DNA of 64,000 nt. Source: Dicyema japonicum (Eukaryota; Animalia; Dicyemida). Within the stretch, counting starts at the first letter, position 1. Every line of letters begins with the position of its first letter. A program made the position numbers and the translations under genes. Under the pieces are notes generated by a model. That model did not search any database. It was given only the letters and a program-made list of their open reading frames with translations, and was not told where the DNA came from. The DNA is taken from contig RDEW01000018.1 of NCBI GenBank assembly GCA_011109175.1, forward strand, positions 426,618-490,617, read 5' to 3'. Shown here in pieces: positions 61,013 through 64,000 of this stretch.

Positions 61013-63939
61013 ACGTTCAATGCTAGAGGCTTATCTACTACCTGGTCGAGGAAGATTCTCTGTGATGACCTGGAGAGATACGACGTTTCTATTGGGTGTC
61101 TACAAGAGACGAAAGTCACTTGTAGCCTTGATGAAAACTTTGGCGAATTTCGAATTATATGTCAGCCGAGCGACTCAAGACATTATGGACTTGGATTTGC
61201 CATCCACTCAAAGCTGACAAGTGCAGTCCACCGTATATGGAGTGTGAATGACAGGATCTGTGTTATACAAATCCGGCTAAACGACTTACCTCCTTCGAAG
61301 AGCTTTCTGACAATTGTAAATGTTTATGCGCCACACTGCGGGAGAGTAGCGAAAGATCCGACAGAACTAGACGACTTCTATTCAACACTGTTACGGACGT
61401 ACAACGAATATGAGTCGTCATCACTAATACTCATTGCTGGGATTTGAATGCAAAAGTCGGGATGAAGAATAACCCGGATGATGTTTTCTTGGGAGAACAT
61501 GGACGTGGAATAAGAAATTTACCCGGGACAATACTTGGTCACTTTTGTATGGCAAACAACCTTTTCCTATGCAATACTGCATTTACGCATCCTGCCTGCC
61601 ACAAAACTACGTGGATGGGGAAGCGAAGGAACTCAGAAGGAAAGCTGGTCCCAATATACAACCAAATCGATTATGTCATATGCCGGGCTAAAGACAAACA
61701 CCTTCTAGTAAACGCACGTTCATATGAAGGTCGACGACTGTCAGCGACCACAAGATGGTTATTGCGACCTTCACCCTGAAAAAACATGCCATTAAATACA
61801 GGAATGCAAAAAATCACGAATTTGAGAAAATCAGAGGCGACTACGCGACTGAAAGGCTGATTTCTCAACCGGAGACTACTGAGAGATATCAACAATACAT
61901 TCAGACTAATTTGCAGGACGTATTGGTGGATACCACGCTAGAAGACGCCTGGAAACGCACAAAGGACACCATCAACGAAGCTGCTGAAGCATGTCTTGGC
62001 AAAAGGGAGAATAGTAAAATGCACCTGAAGGCTATTCATCCAGATGTTCCTGAGCTTGCGAAAAGTCTAAAAGAAATAAATATGAGAAAATCAAATGCCA
62101 CTGACACTAATGCGATAAAAGCCCTTCAAGGCGAAAGACAACGTGTCAGAAGAAAAATAAAGGGTCTGAACAAGAAGCTTTTCATAGAAGAAATAGCCTC
62201 CTGTATAGAAGAAGTAAACAAAGTGAAAGACAACGCACAGGTGTACGTCGCTGCCCGTTTGCTGCGGCGAACAAACCGAAGTCGACTAACCATAAAAGAC
62301 GAGAACGGTAAGCTGATACTGAACACCAAAGAACAAACTGAAGCCATCGCGGCTCACTTTGAGAAGCTTTTCAACATCAAAACCATAGAAATCCACCCAA
62401 TGGAAGGCCAAGACCCCTTAGATACCAATCACGGCCGAGGAAATCAAAACGGCCTGCCGAAAACTCAAGAATAACAGAAGCCCCGGACCAGATGCGATAA
62501 ACCCAGAACTACTGAAATACGGCCCTGACCTCCTTTTTGAAAAAATCGCTACACTACTAAATGAAATGTTTTCAACTAACTCAACTCTACCTCTGGGTAC
62601 GGGACTACTAATCCCCATACAAAAAACTAACAAAAACAGAGGACCGCTCGAAAATTTGCGACCCATCATACTACTAAATTTCATTACGCAAAGTCTTGGC
62701 AAACATTGTGCTTGAACGAATAAAAGGACTGCTTACAAATACCTACCAGATAGTCAAAGTGGTTTTCGAGAAGGGAGATCCACAGCTGATGCGGTCTGGA
62801 GTCACAGATGGAGGTGTGCAACATATCAAAGATACCGTAACGCCACCAATATTTTGGAATTGACCTATCAAGAGCTTTTGATACGGTTAACAGGAACAAA
62901 TTAATGGGGGTACTGGGCGGATTTCTTGATGAATCGAGTCTAAGGATGATCCGAATTCTACTTTCTAACACTGAGCTCCTTGTGAGAGTCGGAAAAACCT
63001 ATTCAAGAAAAATACGGGGCACTCCACAAGGAGACTCTCTTTCTCCTCTACTATTCACAATTTATTTGGAAGCCGCTATGAGGGAACTTAGACCGTCATA
63101 CCAAGGAAAGACGGAAGAAGTAATCTACGCGGACGATGTAGACCTAATTTCTGAAGACAAAGAGGTCCTGGAAAACCTATTAGAAAAAGCACCAGATGTA
63201 CTAGGGAAATGGTTTCTTACTGTGAACAGAGAAAAACAGAACTCACAGAGATAAGAAGGATGAGTAACGTCCTAGAAGAGAAGTGGCGACAAGTAAAGAA
63301 ACTCGGTTCACTTATGGGAGATAGCGAAGATATTTTACGTAGGAAAACTCTAGCCAATGCTGCGTTATATAAACTGAAGAATTTATGGCTCAATCAAAAA
63401 GGCATCGACACGAAAATGAGAATCCTACTATACGACTCATTCATAAAACCCGTACTTTTATATAACGCTGGAACTTGGGCGACCTCATCAGCGGATATGA
63501 AAAAACTAGACTCGTTCCACAGAGGTCAGCTGAGAAAAATAACAGGAACTACTTGGCCTACGAGAATATCTAGGAATGCTTTATATAAGAGATGCAGCAC
63601 TAGACCTATCAGCTTAGAAGTACTGGAATCCCGATGGAGGCTCTTCGGACACGTGCTGAGGATGGAATTAACTTCCCCACCGAACATATCTATGGAAACA
63701 TACTATGTTAGTCAAGAAGGCCGCTATCGGGAAGACCAAGAACAACACTGCCAATAGTCTTACAAAAAGACCTGGTCAGTATAAAAAAAACTAACAAATG
63801 CCGACGACCTGGACAGCATGAGAGCCTTGGCTAGGAACAGGGGAGCATGGAAAAGGATGACATCTAACCTTGTTTCTTTTGCTGCACATGCGGGGCTATA
63901 ATTAGTATGGCTCTTGTGAAGTGCTTAAATATAATAATA
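61013..63939 (+). mobile_element. Near full-length RTE LINE, slightly 5'-truncated, frameshifted
   Basis: TFNARGL...CLQETK...VYAPH...GDLNAKVG...NQIDY, RT motifs DLSRAFD, PQGDSLSP and YADD, RWRLFGH, and a (TAA)n tail. TSD ATCGATTT(T)AA at 61002-61012 and 63940-63950. Confidence 0.92.
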
Positions 63940-64000
63940 ATCGATTTAAAATCGCTTCTTTCTAGTCATGCAATTTGTAGTCGGACAAAAACTTACCTTC

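Noticed and set aside
1-64000. CRISPR arrays, operons, rRNA or intact tRNA genes; many short ORFs in the track
   Set aside because: There are no regularly spaced repeat-spacer units or rRNA-like sequence. The only tRNA-like segment is the SINE head. Most short ORFs use TTG/GTG starts and are antisense or off-frame shadows of TEs.

Overview
This is AT-rich eukaryotic nuclear DNA, mostly decayed transposable elements, with a few host genes that carry very short (about 20-29 nt) GT-AG introns. That architecture resembles compact animal parasites such as myxozoans or dicyemids, but the taxon cannot be fixed from this window. Recognisable host genes are LENG1 (15404-16179, -), TAM41 (19519-20540, -), a divergent PIP-kinase with degenerate catalytic motifs (about 29630-32076, +) and an intronless Cdc25-like phosphatase (54868-55452, +). 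There are also three dispersed paralogues of a roughly 14-intron gene with a BC-box, LRR-like and ARM-like layout, which I interpret as a ZYG11/ZER1-like Cullin-2 receptor family (22367-24714, 38779-41163, 50359-52733). Mobile elements include RTE LINEs (three with target-site duplications, TSDs), I/Jockey-group LINE fragments, CRE-type RLE retrotransposons (one near full length with a PHD finger), a complete Buster hAT with terminal inverted repeats (TIRs) and an 8-bp TSD, a CGGBP1-related hAT, a MULE remnant and a TSD-flanked tRNA-headed SINE. Many frameshifts are single-base homopolymer indels, so pseudogene calls are provisional. No prokaryotic system or CRISPR array is present. All protein family calls come from recalled motifs; no database search was run.
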